Source of the DNA: Mobula hypostoma
Lineage: Eukaryota
Assembly (NCBI RefSeq): GCF_963921235.1
Contig: NC_086097.1
Coordinates: 205,594,001 to 205,658,000, forward strand
Direction of reading: 5' to 3'
DNA length: 64,000 nt
Positions 36,954-47,619 of the stretch are shown here, piece after piece. The first letter of the stretch is position 1; each line of letters starts with the position of its first letter. The notes beneath the pieces are model-generated. The model ran no database searches and was not told the DNA's origin. It worked only from the letters and a program-made list of their open reading frames with translations. The position numbers and the translations under genes are program-made.

Positions 36954-37470
36954 TACCACTGAAATCATACTAACTGGCCTATAATTTCCTTTCTTCTGCA
37001 ACCCTCCCCCCCACCCCCCGCCTTCTTAAAGTGTGGAGTAACATTTGAAATTTTCCAGTCCTTCACAACCATTCCAGTATATAGCTGTTCTTGAAAGATC
37101 ATTACTAATGTCTCTACAATCCTTTCAGCTACCTCTTTTGGAATCCTGGCATATAGTCCATCTGGTCCACATAACTTATCAACCTTTAGACCTTTCAGTT
37201 TCCTAAACACCTTCTCCTCAGTAAGAACAACCGCACCCAGAACTGCCCCCTGACATTCTCGAATTTCTGACAATCCGGTGTCTTTCACATGGAAGACTGA
37301 TGCAAAATACTTATTGAGTTCATCCGCTATTTCTTTGTCCACCCATTACGTCATTTCCCAATGGTTCAACATCCACTCATGTCTCTATCTTTTACTCTTT
37401 ATACATCTTTTAAAAATGTTGTATCTTCCTTGATATCATTGATTAGTTATCATTATATTTCATCTTTAGT
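36954..37470 (-). mobile_element. Continuation of the old CR1 from 33748
   Basis: ORF 36965..37342 IADELNKYFASVF...GPDG...DWK. Confidence 0.78.
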
Positions 37471-37978
37471 CTTCATGCTGCAGGCTCTATTTTGAATTAA
37501 TTCAGAGGAATAAGAGTTGAAGTAAATAAGATTGTAAAGGGTCTAACAGGATTGATGTTGAGGAGTTGACTAAAGAGTCTGAAAGTTTGATATCGTAGAG
37601 CACAGTACAGAGTCTATAGGAGGTAATTTTATGACTTAAGTCTGGAGGAATTTCTTCACTCTGAGCGCTAAAAACAGCAAACCTCTCTACCTCCCGGAGT
37701 TTTGGATGTTCTGTTCTTGAGCATATTCAAGGCAAAAACTAATACATTTTTTGAAATTAAGAAGTTTCAGAGAAAATATGGATTTATGAAGAAAAAGATA
37801 ATCCAGAGTTCATGTGACTTTCTCCAGTGCCTAATTCTAATTAATAACAGGTCAAGACGAACTTGTGAATGCCATCAGCATCTGTCCAAAGAAAGGTTGT
37901 TATCAATGAGTTTGATGGAGTTGATACTGAGTCCAAAGGTTTATGTAGTATCCATTGAAAATTACTGGGATAGAAATG

Positions 37979-38673
37979 TAGATTATGAGGACACTCAGTC
38001 CTCATTTATTGTCATTTAAAAATGCATGCATTAAAAAATGATACAATGTACCTCCAGAATGATATCACAAGAAACACAGGACAAACCAAGACTAAAACTG
38101 ACAAAACCACATAATTATAACATATAGTTACAACAGTGCAAAGCAATACCGTAGTTTGATAAAGAGCAGACCATGGGAACGGTAAAAAATAGTCTTAAAG
38201 TCCCGATAGCCTCATCATCTCACGCAGACAGGGAGAAACATAGAAGGGAGAACGGGGAAGGGAGAAGGGAGAAACTCTCCCTGCCATGAACCTCCAAGCG
38301 CCGCAAACTTGCCGATGCAGCACCATTGGAAGCACCCGACCGCAGCGGACTCTGAGTCCATCCGAAAACTTCGAGCCTCCGACCAGCCCTTCGACACCGA
38401 GCACCGAGCACCATCCTCTACCGAGCGCTTCGACCCTGCCCTAGCCGCTGAGCAACAAGCAAAGCCGAGGGCTCGGGGCCTTCCCCTCCGGAGATTCTGG
38501 ACCACACAGTAGCAGCAGCAGCGAAGTAGGCATTTCAGAAGTTTCACCAGATGTTCCTCTATACTCTCCCGTCCGTCTCCATCAAATCAGGATTGTGCAC
38601 GGCACCCTACTTGACAAATAACAGACATCACCACCGGAGTGGCCACTGCGAGCTGCGTCGCGCCGCCATCTTC
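37979..38673 (-). mobile_element. ~690-bp non-coding retroelement-like repeat, copy 2
   Basis: Reverse complement of 31217..31879. 5' end GAAGATGGCGGCG. Confidence 0.8.
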
Positions 38674-40278
38674 TCCTCTCCTCTTGCATTACTTGTGCTA
38701 ATTACATGATATTATAGCAAATGTGACTAGTTTTGAAAATATATGTTGCAATAACTTCAGTTGGAATTAACTTCAGAATTGAAGTATATCATATAGCTGC
38801 TACTCTATTGTGTAGCACGGAGAATTGGGGATGATCTGTACTGACTGATTGTAATCTGCATAGGCACTCTAAGAATTCCCTACTTTGGGATTTCTTGCCT
38901 TCACTGTCAAATATCTGTAAATATTGCTGTTATCTTCACCAACAACACTTTCTGAAAGCTCATAAACAATTAATGGAATGATTACTGCATATATTCTTGA
39001 TTCTGTTACAATTTCTGAGGCATCCCTTTTAACCTCACTCAAGCTCTAACTCACAAAGTGCTGGAACAACTCGGCAGGCCAGGCAGCATCTATGGAAGAG
39101 AGTACAGTTGACATTTCGGGCCAAGACCCTTCATCAAGACCAGCGATAAAAAGATCAGAAGTCAGAGTAAGAGAGGGAGAAACACAGGGTGACAGGTGAA
39201 ACAGGGAGGTAGAGGGGTGAAGCAAAGAGCAGGGAAATTGATTTTTGAAAGAGATACAGGCTGGAGAAGAAGGAATCTAATAGGAGATGACAAAAGGCCC
39301 TAGAAGAAAGGGAAGTCGGGGGGCGTTAGCACCAGTGGGAGGCAAGGAGCTAAGATCAGAGAGGGAAAAAGGGATGGGGACTGGTGAAGGTGAGGGGGCA
39401 TTACTGGAAATTCCAGAAAAGTTTCTCCCCCGTAGTTCACTCCCTTCCCACTGACATCCACGACATTTCACACGCTCTGGATCTTTTCCCTATACACCAC
39501 TAGGAAGGCCTCAAAGCTCTCCATTTCTTTCTGGACACCAGACCCAACCAGTTCCCCTCCACCAACACTCTCCTCTGTCTAGCAGAACTTGCCCTCACTT
39601 TTAACAGTTTCTCTTTTGGCTCCTCCCACTTCCTTCAAACAAAAGACGTAGCCATGAGCACTCGCATGGTGCATGGGTCCCAGCTATGCGTGACTTTATG
39701 TTGGCTCCATGGAACAGACTATGTTCCAAGGCTACACTGGTGGCCGGCCCCAACTTTTTCCTCGCTACATCAACGACTGCTTTGGCGCTGCTTCCTGCGC
39801 TCATGCGGAACTCGTCGACTTCAGCAACTTTGCCTCCAACTTTTACCCTGGCCTCATATTTACTTGGTCCATTTCCAACACTCCCTCTGCTTTCTTGATC
39901 TCTCTGTCTCTATCTCTGTAGACAGCTTATCTACTGATGTCTACTTTAAACCCACAGACCCTCACATCTACCAGTACTATATCTCTTCCAACCCCATTAC
40001 TTGTAAAAACCCCATCCCCTTCTCTGAATTCCTCCGTCTCCGTTGTATCTGCTCTCAGGATGAGGCTTTTCATTCTAGAACGAAGGAGATGTCCTCCTTC
40101 TTTAAAGAAAGGGACTTCCCTTCCTCCACCATCAACGCTGCCCTCAACCATATCTCTTCCCTTTCACACATGTCTGCTCTCAAACACGAGGAAATCTGCA
40201 GATGCTGGAAATTCAAGCCACACACATCAAAGTTGCTGGTGAATGCAGCAGGCCAGGCAGCATCTCTAGGAAGAGGTA

Positions 40279-40320
40279 CAGTCAACGTTTCGGGCCGAGA
40301 CCCTTCGTCAGGACTAACTG
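40279..40320 (-). ncRNA. Minimal type I hammerhead ribozyme motif, intact core
   Basis: 5'-CAGUUAGUC CUGACGA A GGGUCUCGGCCC GAAAC GUU GACUG-3'. Stem I UAGUC/GACUG, core CUGAnGA and GAAA, stem II GGGUC/GGCCC, palindromic ACGU in place of stem III, UH cleavage site. Confidence 0.8.
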
Positions 40321-40903
40321 AAAGAAGAGCTAGTAAGAGATTTGAAAGTAGGAGGGGGAGGGCTGGAGCCAAGAGCTGGACAGGTGATTGGCAAAAGGGA
40401 TATGAGAGGATCATGGGACAGGAGGCCTAGGGAGAAAGAAAAGGGGGAGGGGGGAAACCCAGAGGATGGGCAAGGGGTATAGTGAGAGGGACAGAGGGAG
40501 AAAAAGGAGAGAGAGAAGAAGAAAAAGAATGTGTGTATATAAATAAGTAACGGATGGGGTACGAGGGGGAGGTGGGGCATTAGTGGAAGTTTGAGAAGTC
40601 AATGTCTGCTAATGCCCCACCTCCCCCTCATACCCCATCCTTTATTTATTTATATACACACATTCTTTTTCTCTCTCTCCTTTTTCTCCCTCTGTCCCTC
40701 TCACTATACCCCTTGCCCATCCTCTGGGTTTTTTCCTCACCCTCCGCCTTTTCTTTCTCCCTAGGCCTCCTGTCCCATGATCCTCTAATATCCCTTTTGC
40801 CAATCAACTGTCCAGCTCTTGGCTCCATCCCTCCCCCTCCTGTCTTCTCCTATCATTTTGGATCTCCCCCTCCCCCTTTCAAATCTCTTACTAACTCTTC
40901 CTT

Positions 40904-40945
40904 CAGTTAGTCCTGACGAAGGGTCTCGGCCTGAAATGTCGACTG
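40904..40945 (+). ncRNA. Minimal type I hammerhead motif with two C>T changes
   Basis: CAGTTAGTC CTGACGA A GGGTCTCGGCCT GAAAT GTC GACTG. Confidence 0.65.
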
Positions 40946-42882
40946 TACCTCTTCTTAGAGATGCTGCCTGGCCTGCTGCGCTCACCAGCAACTTTGATGT
41001 GTGTGTCTGCTCTCACCCCATTTTCCTTCCACCATTCCAGGGATAGTGTTCCTCTTGTCCTCACCTATCAACCCACCAGCCTCTGTGTCCGGCACATAAT
41101 TCTCCGCAACTTCCGCCATCTCCACAGGATCCCACTACCAAACTCATCTTTCCCTCCCCCCCACCCCCACTTACTGCTTTCCGCAGGTACTGCTCCCTAT
41201 GCAATTTCCGTGTCCATTTGTCCCTCCTCACTGATCTCTCTCCTGGCACGTACCCCTGCAAGCGGAAGAAGTGCTACACCTGCTCCTTCACTTCCACCCT
41301 CACTACCATTCAGGGCCCCAGTCAGTCCTACCAGGTGAGGTGACACTTCACCCATTAGTGTGTTGGAGTCATATACTGTGTCCGGTGGCTGCTGTATATG
41401 GGTGAGACACAACGTAGATTGGGAGGCCACTTCATCGAGCATCTACGCTCTGTCCACCAGAAAAAGCGGGATCTCCCAGTGACCATCCATTTTAATTCCA
41501 CTTCCTGTTCCCATTCCAATATGTCTATGAATGGGCTCCTCTACTGTCACACTGAGGCCACACTTAGATTGGAGGAACAACACCTTATATTCTGTTTGGG
41601 TAGCCTCCAACCTGATGGCATAAATATCGATTTCTCAAACTTCCAGTGTTGGCCCCCCACCACCTTCACCAGTTCCCATCCCCTTTTCCCTCTCTCTCCT
41701 TATCTCCTTGCCTGCCCATCACCTCCCTCTGGAGCTCCTCCCCCTCTTTTCTTTCTTCCATTTCCTTCTGTCCTCTCCTATTAGATTCCCCCTTCTCCAG
41801 CCCTGTATCTCTTTCACCAACCAACTTTCCAGCTCCTTACTTCACCCCTCCCCTTCCGGATTCACATATCACCTTGTGTTTCTCCCTTCCCTCCCCACAC
41901 CTTCTCACTCCACTTATCATCTTATGTATCTTTCTTTGTATCTTATGTATTTTTCTTTTCTCGTCTTGATGAGGCGTCTCAGCCTGAAACGCTGACTGTA
42001 CTCTTTTCCATAGATGCTGTCTGGCCTGCTGAGATCCTCCAGCATTTTGGATTTCCAGCATCTGCAGATTTTCTCCTGTTCAACCCCTAACTCATTAATT
42101 TCTTATCTTCTGGTACTTTGAGCTACTACAGGCAAAACATATTTCCCTCTATCCCTTCTATGTGGAACTGTCCAAGAGTGAGTTTCTCAAATTGCAGTTA
42201 TCCTACTTCTTAACAAAGTGAAGTTGAGCACTGATATCATCGTATGTATAAACAAGAGTCAGGAGTGGAAACATCTCAGCCAACCACTTCTAAAAGTTCC
42301 TTTCAGTGCCATTCAGTGACAAAGCATATTCTGTTTCCTCTAACTTGACACACCTGCAGACCAATAGCTGAAGATAAGGAAAAGAGATATTTGGGTACTC
42401 AGTTCCATTTGAGCTTTTTGATAACTTTATAGTTCAAATTTAAAAAAAACGTACTCAGCAGGTACTGGGATCTGTGAGGACAAAATTGAAGTTTAATATT
42501 TTAGATTGATGGTTTTTTTTATCTGAACTTAAAATTTGGCCTGTTTCAACAATCCTGATAAGAATTACCATATGATAAAACATATCAATGGGCTGAGAAT
42601 ATTTTGTATGAAGTTATGATCAATACATAATCAAATACCAAAACTGATTCATACATATGCAAAAAGTGGGAAGACCATTTTTCTCACCCACTAATACTAC
42701 ACAGTGATTCCTGATAAATAAAAAAAGTAGCAAACAAATTTACACAAAAATAATAACATGCAGTGCTTGAGAAGCACCTCAACTCCACCTGAAATGTATA
42801 CAATTCAGTCATTTTATTGCTTTTATTGCTATCTTTAACTGTCTCATCAAGGTAAATGCCTTCATTTAACAGTGTCTCCTAC

Positions 42883-43017
42883 CTGTCACCATCTCGCAGT
42901 CTTTTAAACTGAGTTACAAATAAGCACATTAGGGTGGGCCCAACTCTTGTACCAGGAATTACATCTTCAACCATTAGTGCAGGCCACAGATCAATATTCT
43001 GTGGAGTACCATACAAT
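42883..43017 (-). CDS. PXDNL: Peroxidasin-like exon, 135 nt (not in the ORF track)
   Basis: Acceptor TTTTATTATTTCAG|A, donor GACAG|GTAGGA, phase 2/2. Encodes (R)[44 protein letters not shown](R). [10 protein letters not shown] and [16 protein letters not shown] match PXDNL better than PXDN as I recall them. Confidence 0.93.
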
Positions 43018-43960
43018 CTGAAATAATAAAACAAAGTTTGGCATCACACTGTGTAATAAGTAACTGGTTGCATATTTCATACAACACACAAACAGTAAAA
43101 TAAAACAGTTGGAGGCTGGTTTATCCCTTCATGACTGCTGTACCATCCAGTTATCTCAGTCCCACTTTCCTGAATTGCCATCAATTCCCTTGCTATCCAA
43201 AAATGTATCAATTCACTACTCTGTTGGTAGGGAATTCCAAAGTTTCTTGACTTTTTGGCAAAAAGAATTGTTCTCACATCTCAGCCCTGATTGGTCACAC
43301 CTGATTCTGAGGTTGTGTTCCCTGCTTCTAGGCGCACTGGCAAAAGAAATCAGAATCAGAATCAGGTTTATTATCACCGGCATGTGACGTGAAATTTGTA
43401 AACTTAGCAGCAGCAGTTCAATGCAATACATAATCTAGCAGAGAGAAAAAAATAATACTAATAAATAAAACATAATAATAAATATACAAGTAAATCAATT
43501 ATGTATATTGAATAGATTATTTAAAAATATGCAAATACAGAAGTACTGTATATTTAAAAAAAGTGATGTAGTGTCCAAAGCTTCAAAGTCCATTTAGGAA
43601 TTGGGTGGCAGAGGGGAAGAAGCTGTTCCTGAATCGTTGAGTGTGTGCCTTCAGGCTTCTGTATCTCCTACCTGATGGTAATGTGAGAAAAGGGCATGTC
43701 CTGGGTGCTGGAGGTCTTTAATAATGGACGCCGCCTTTCTGAGACACTGCTCCCTAAAGATGTCCTGGATACTTTATAGGCTAGTGTGCAAGATGGAGCT
43801 GACTAGATTTACAACCTTCTGCAGCTTCTTTCGGTCTCGTGCAGTAGCCCCTCCATACCAGACAGTGATGCAGCCTGTCAGAATGCTCTCCGCGGTACAA
43901 CTATAGAAGTTTTTGAGTGTATTTGTTGTCATGCCAAATTGCTTCTAACTCCTAATAAAG

Positions 43961-45304
43961 CAGACATCCTACCTCTCCCGGAAGATCCGGGAGTCTCCCG
44001 CATATCGATAGTGGCTCCCTGACGCCCGGAAGTTACAGACAATATCCCGGAAGTAGATTTTTTTGAGAGGGAGAGGGAGAGCAAGCATCCTGATTGGTCT
44101 CTCTTCGTGCTAAGAGTGGTCCCCAACCACCGGGCCATGAGGAAACAATATGATTTGGCGATATGAAACAATATGAGTCATTTGCACCTTTCCTCATTCC
44201 CTGTCACGCACTGTTGAACTTGAACGCACGCGAGGTCATTACGCACGCGTCATCCATGTCAGCGCGGGAAGAAGATCAACTCTTCGAGCTTGTAAATGAC
44301 TGCGGGCTGAAAAGTTTGTTTGACATAACATCTCTGCCGGCATTCTGGATCAAAGTCAAGGCTAAATATCCTGAGATAGCCACGACAGCACTGAAAACGT
44401 TGCTTCCATTTCCAACATCATATCACTGCGAAGCGGATTTTTCTGCAATGAATGCAATGAAAACTAAATTGCAGAATAGACGGGACATAAGGACCTCCCT
44501 TCGAGTATCGCTGTCTCCCCTCACCCCTCGATGGGACTGTCTTGTTGCAGGGAAACAAGCCCAGGGCTCCCACTGATTCAGCGATATTGGTGTGTTGCAA
44601 CGATTTTACATGTTCATATGGGGAAAATATGCACTGTGTGTTTAGTATCCAAATGTTATTTAAAATGTTATGATGCTATTGACTTATCACCTACATTCTG
44701 GTCGTGATTAACCCCCCCTCCACCCAGTCGGCCGGTCCACAAGAATATTGTCAATATTATTAAACCGATCTGCGGTGCAAAAAATGTTGGGGACCCCTGC
44801 TAAGTAGACCTATCAGTTTTCTCTGTGGGCGGGCTTTACAGTTGACCTCAAAAATAATGACAGTGTTGCTAACTGCACTGTTTGCAACAGTGACTTTTCT
44901 ATTGCCCATGGTGGGTTAAAATGTAAAAGACATGTTGAAGTGAGTTTAACAGGTGTCATTAGAGCATAGCTAACGTTATTTAAACTAGCTGGTCAGCTGC
45001 TAAGGAGCTACGCTATTGACGTCCTACGTGATGAGGCCAAACTCCCTGTAAATTTGCTTAAAGTTGTAATAGAACAAACATGATAATATAATATAATACA
45101 AGTACATATTTTAAAGTCACATTTGCTGCATATACCCAGCTTGGTTTACAGATTAGACAAAATCACTAAACAAAATATTACATACACCCTTGGAGGTCGA
45201 CGGGGGGGATATGGGGTTGCGGGGCGGGGGGGGGGGGTGGTGCTACCTCCCTGAAATGGTGGTGATACCTCCCTGAAACGAGCTTTTGCAGGGTGGGATG
45301 TCTG
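43961..45304 (+). mobile_element. Non-autonomous DNA transposon with 6-bp TSD (hAT5/hAT6-like)
   Basis: TIRs CAGACATCCTACC ... GGTGGGATGTCTG. TSD ATAAAG (43955-43960, 45305-45310). Internal BED-finger-like remnant ANCTVCNSDFSIAHGG at ~44853-44939. Confidence 0.8.
44115..44799 (+). mobile_element. hAT-Charlie/Buster internal-deletion derivative that keeps the transposase C-terminus
   Basis: ORF 44163..44576 FWIKVKAKYPEIATTALKTLLPFPTSYHCEADFS...KQAQGSH. TIRs AGTGGTCCCCAACC / TGTTGGGGACCCCTG. Partial TSD CTAAG. Confidence 0.88.
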
Positions 45305-47619
45305 ATAAAGTATAGCTGCTATCTTGCCTTCTTTATGACTACAACAATATGTTGGGACCAGGTTGGATCCTCGGAGATCTTGACACCCAGGCACTTGAAG
45401 CTGCTCACTCTCTCCACTTCTGGTCCCTCTATGGGGATTGGTATGTGTTCCTTCATCTTACCCTTCCTGAAGTCCACAATCAGCTCTTTCGTCTTACTGA
45501 CATTGGAAACTTATCTCCACATCTATGCTGTCAATCTCTGTAAGATGTTTTTTAGTTTCATGAAACCACCTCTCATCTTTTCTCTAAATTGTAGAGAGCA
45601 TAAACTCAGCCTGCTCAGTTTCTTCTCTTTCTACAGTCCTCCACCCCTATATACTGTAGTTCAGTAATGCCAGTTATGTTTGCCTTTTTAGAGAAATCAC
45701 ATCTTGATTCAAGATGTTACACATTCATAGGCAGAAATAAAAGATCACTTTGAGGCTAAAATTAACACTTGGTGCTGTTAAATTTCATGCAAGTATACCT
45801 GAAAAAACCTGAAATATCAGATGGGTTTCAATGTATTAGCAGCACTCTGAGGTACTGCTAATAGTTGGGAAGTAAGAATATAAGTTAAACAAATGATGAA
45901 CTTTATTAAATAAAAACAGAGAAATACTGATTATCTTTGTTTACTTTCTCATGGCAGGCAATTGTTTTAAGCCTGTCCAATATGCAGAATATAATAATAT
46001 GTACAGAGATCCATTGATCACATGGTATACAGCCAGAATTACACATGCAGGCCATACAATCACGTGGCATTCTTACTCTTTTCCCATCTGACCAATGATT
46101 GATTCCATTATATAATTAATATATAATTAATTTGGGAAACATTGATAAATACCATCAATGTTTAAAATTTATTTCATTTTTATTTTTACTTTTTTAATCA
46201 TATAAATCTTGATTAAATTGCAAGCAAAACCTAATCAGTTACTTTTCCTTACCTAGATATCCCACCATCTTGGATTTTTCAATAAGTTAAAAAGACACCA
46301 GTGTAGGCATTATAATAATAGGATTCCTTCAAATGCACCACATTCTACTTGTCTATGAGAACATTCAGACCCATTACATTATGAACAATATAATGTTTTG
46401 AAACTTCTTAGAATGTGTGGGTTAGCGCAGGGAAGTTTCAGTGGACCGAGAAAAGTTCAAGACTTCAACACAGGGCCAATGGATACATTAAATTTTTGAA
46501 TTTTCAGCACAAGCTCTCGTAATGATAATTTTCATTATTTTCTTTCTCTCAGCAATGGTTTTCTCCTGAGAAAACTGAGTACCAAAAAAGTTTTAAAAAC
46601 ACATGTAAAATAAACCCTTCATTCTTTTTCCGGAATTATTTCCAGCTCCCAGAGGGTTCATGCTAATACATATTGGGAGAATCTCCACATGCAAGTTTGG
46701 GCTGGAGTGTCCAGGGAACAGCAGGCATAGCTGTTGTGGGTAACCACCTCAAGAATAATAATGGCAGACCCAGGGTTTCGAGTGAAGTTGTGGACTGTTT
46801 GTAAAAACATTAATAAAATATACAAAGATTTAAAAGATGCCTTCTCTGTATTTCTGCAAAAGTTATATACGCATTCATTGCACAATTTGACCCCTGGATA
46901 TTTGATTCTAAGAAACTTAAATTGATAATGAAATTCATATTGTGCAGTTTATTTTTATATTTTGTCAGTTAGTTTCTTTTTCCCTGTTTCCCATGATTAC
47001 CTTATTGTGCTCTGATCTGTTCTAAGCACATCTACCTCCGGAGTGGAACAGAACATTGATAACGTGATCATTATAAATAGAAGTAGAAGTCAGATGGAGA
47101 AGGTAATCCGTTTATTGAGGAGAGTGAAAAAAGTGTGGGCTTGGGGGAAAGATAACTGTTGAAGGATGGTAAGAGTAGTGGTAAGGATACATTGAAGGGA
47201 GGATTTTTATGATTTATGTCTTTTCTCTGCCTTCTACTACTTTGCCTATGAGAGGAATGGGCAGCCTTGATAACTGTGAATATCACAGGACATCTGTTGA
47301 TATTTACAATCCTATTTTCAACAAATCATATCTAGACAAATAAAAATGATACACATCTCTTTCTATAAGCCTTTTAACTGATCAGAATTAATTTTTGCAT
47401 TAATTAAGGCACGTATTGAGAAAATCCTGGCCATGAATTTCCAACAGCATTATTTTGTCTAGTAACATTCTGCATTATCATGCAGTAAATCTGGCAGTAT
47501 CATCTTGAGTCCTGAACATTGTTCAAATGTACATTGTCTGAATTGCCTTGTGGTTTCACAGGGTCTGCCAGGCCTGCAGATTACCATTTGATAGGAATTG
47601 AAGTCTGTGCAAAAGCGTG

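Larger units (their letters stand above)
40183..41003. mobile_element. Young fold-back PLE insertion (two inverted terminal-repeat copies) nested in the older PLE
   Basis: Perfect 12-bp TSD TGTCTGCTCTCA (40171-40182, 41004-41015). Arms ~40183-40605 (-) and ~40606-41003 (+) are reverse complements. Confidence 0.92.
39054..42079 (+). mobile_element. Neptune-type Penelope-like element, 5'-truncated, with an inverted 5' terminal repeat and decayed RT plus GIY-YIG
   Basis: RT remnants FLQTKDVAM..GPSYA, RYINDC, FLDLSVSI..TDVYFKPTD, FLRLRCICSQ. Cys linker GTYPCKRKKCYTC. GIY-YIG part YMGETQRRL..EH..HF..LQPDGINIDF. Inverted terminal repeat 39054-39420. Probable 15-bp TSD TCAAGCTCTAACTCA / TCAACCCCTAACTCA with two mismatches. 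Confidence 0.9.
43348..45503 (-). mobile_element. Rex1-clade LINE 3' part, inserted in an old CR1 remnant and hosting two DNA elements
   Basis: (CTGATT)n tail at 43348-43365. Rex1 3' ORF sequence is continuous across the 43961..45304 insert (CTCCTAATAAAG|TATAGCTG). Confidence 0.82.

Noticed and set aside
44163..44576. Domesticated Buster/ZBED-type gene
   Set aside because: Only the transposase C-terminus, lying between TIRs in a nested MITE.
46137..46163. 10-bp perfect hairpin AAACATTGAT-N7-ATCAATGTTT
   Set aside because: Single AT-rich occurrence, plausible by chance in 64 kb.
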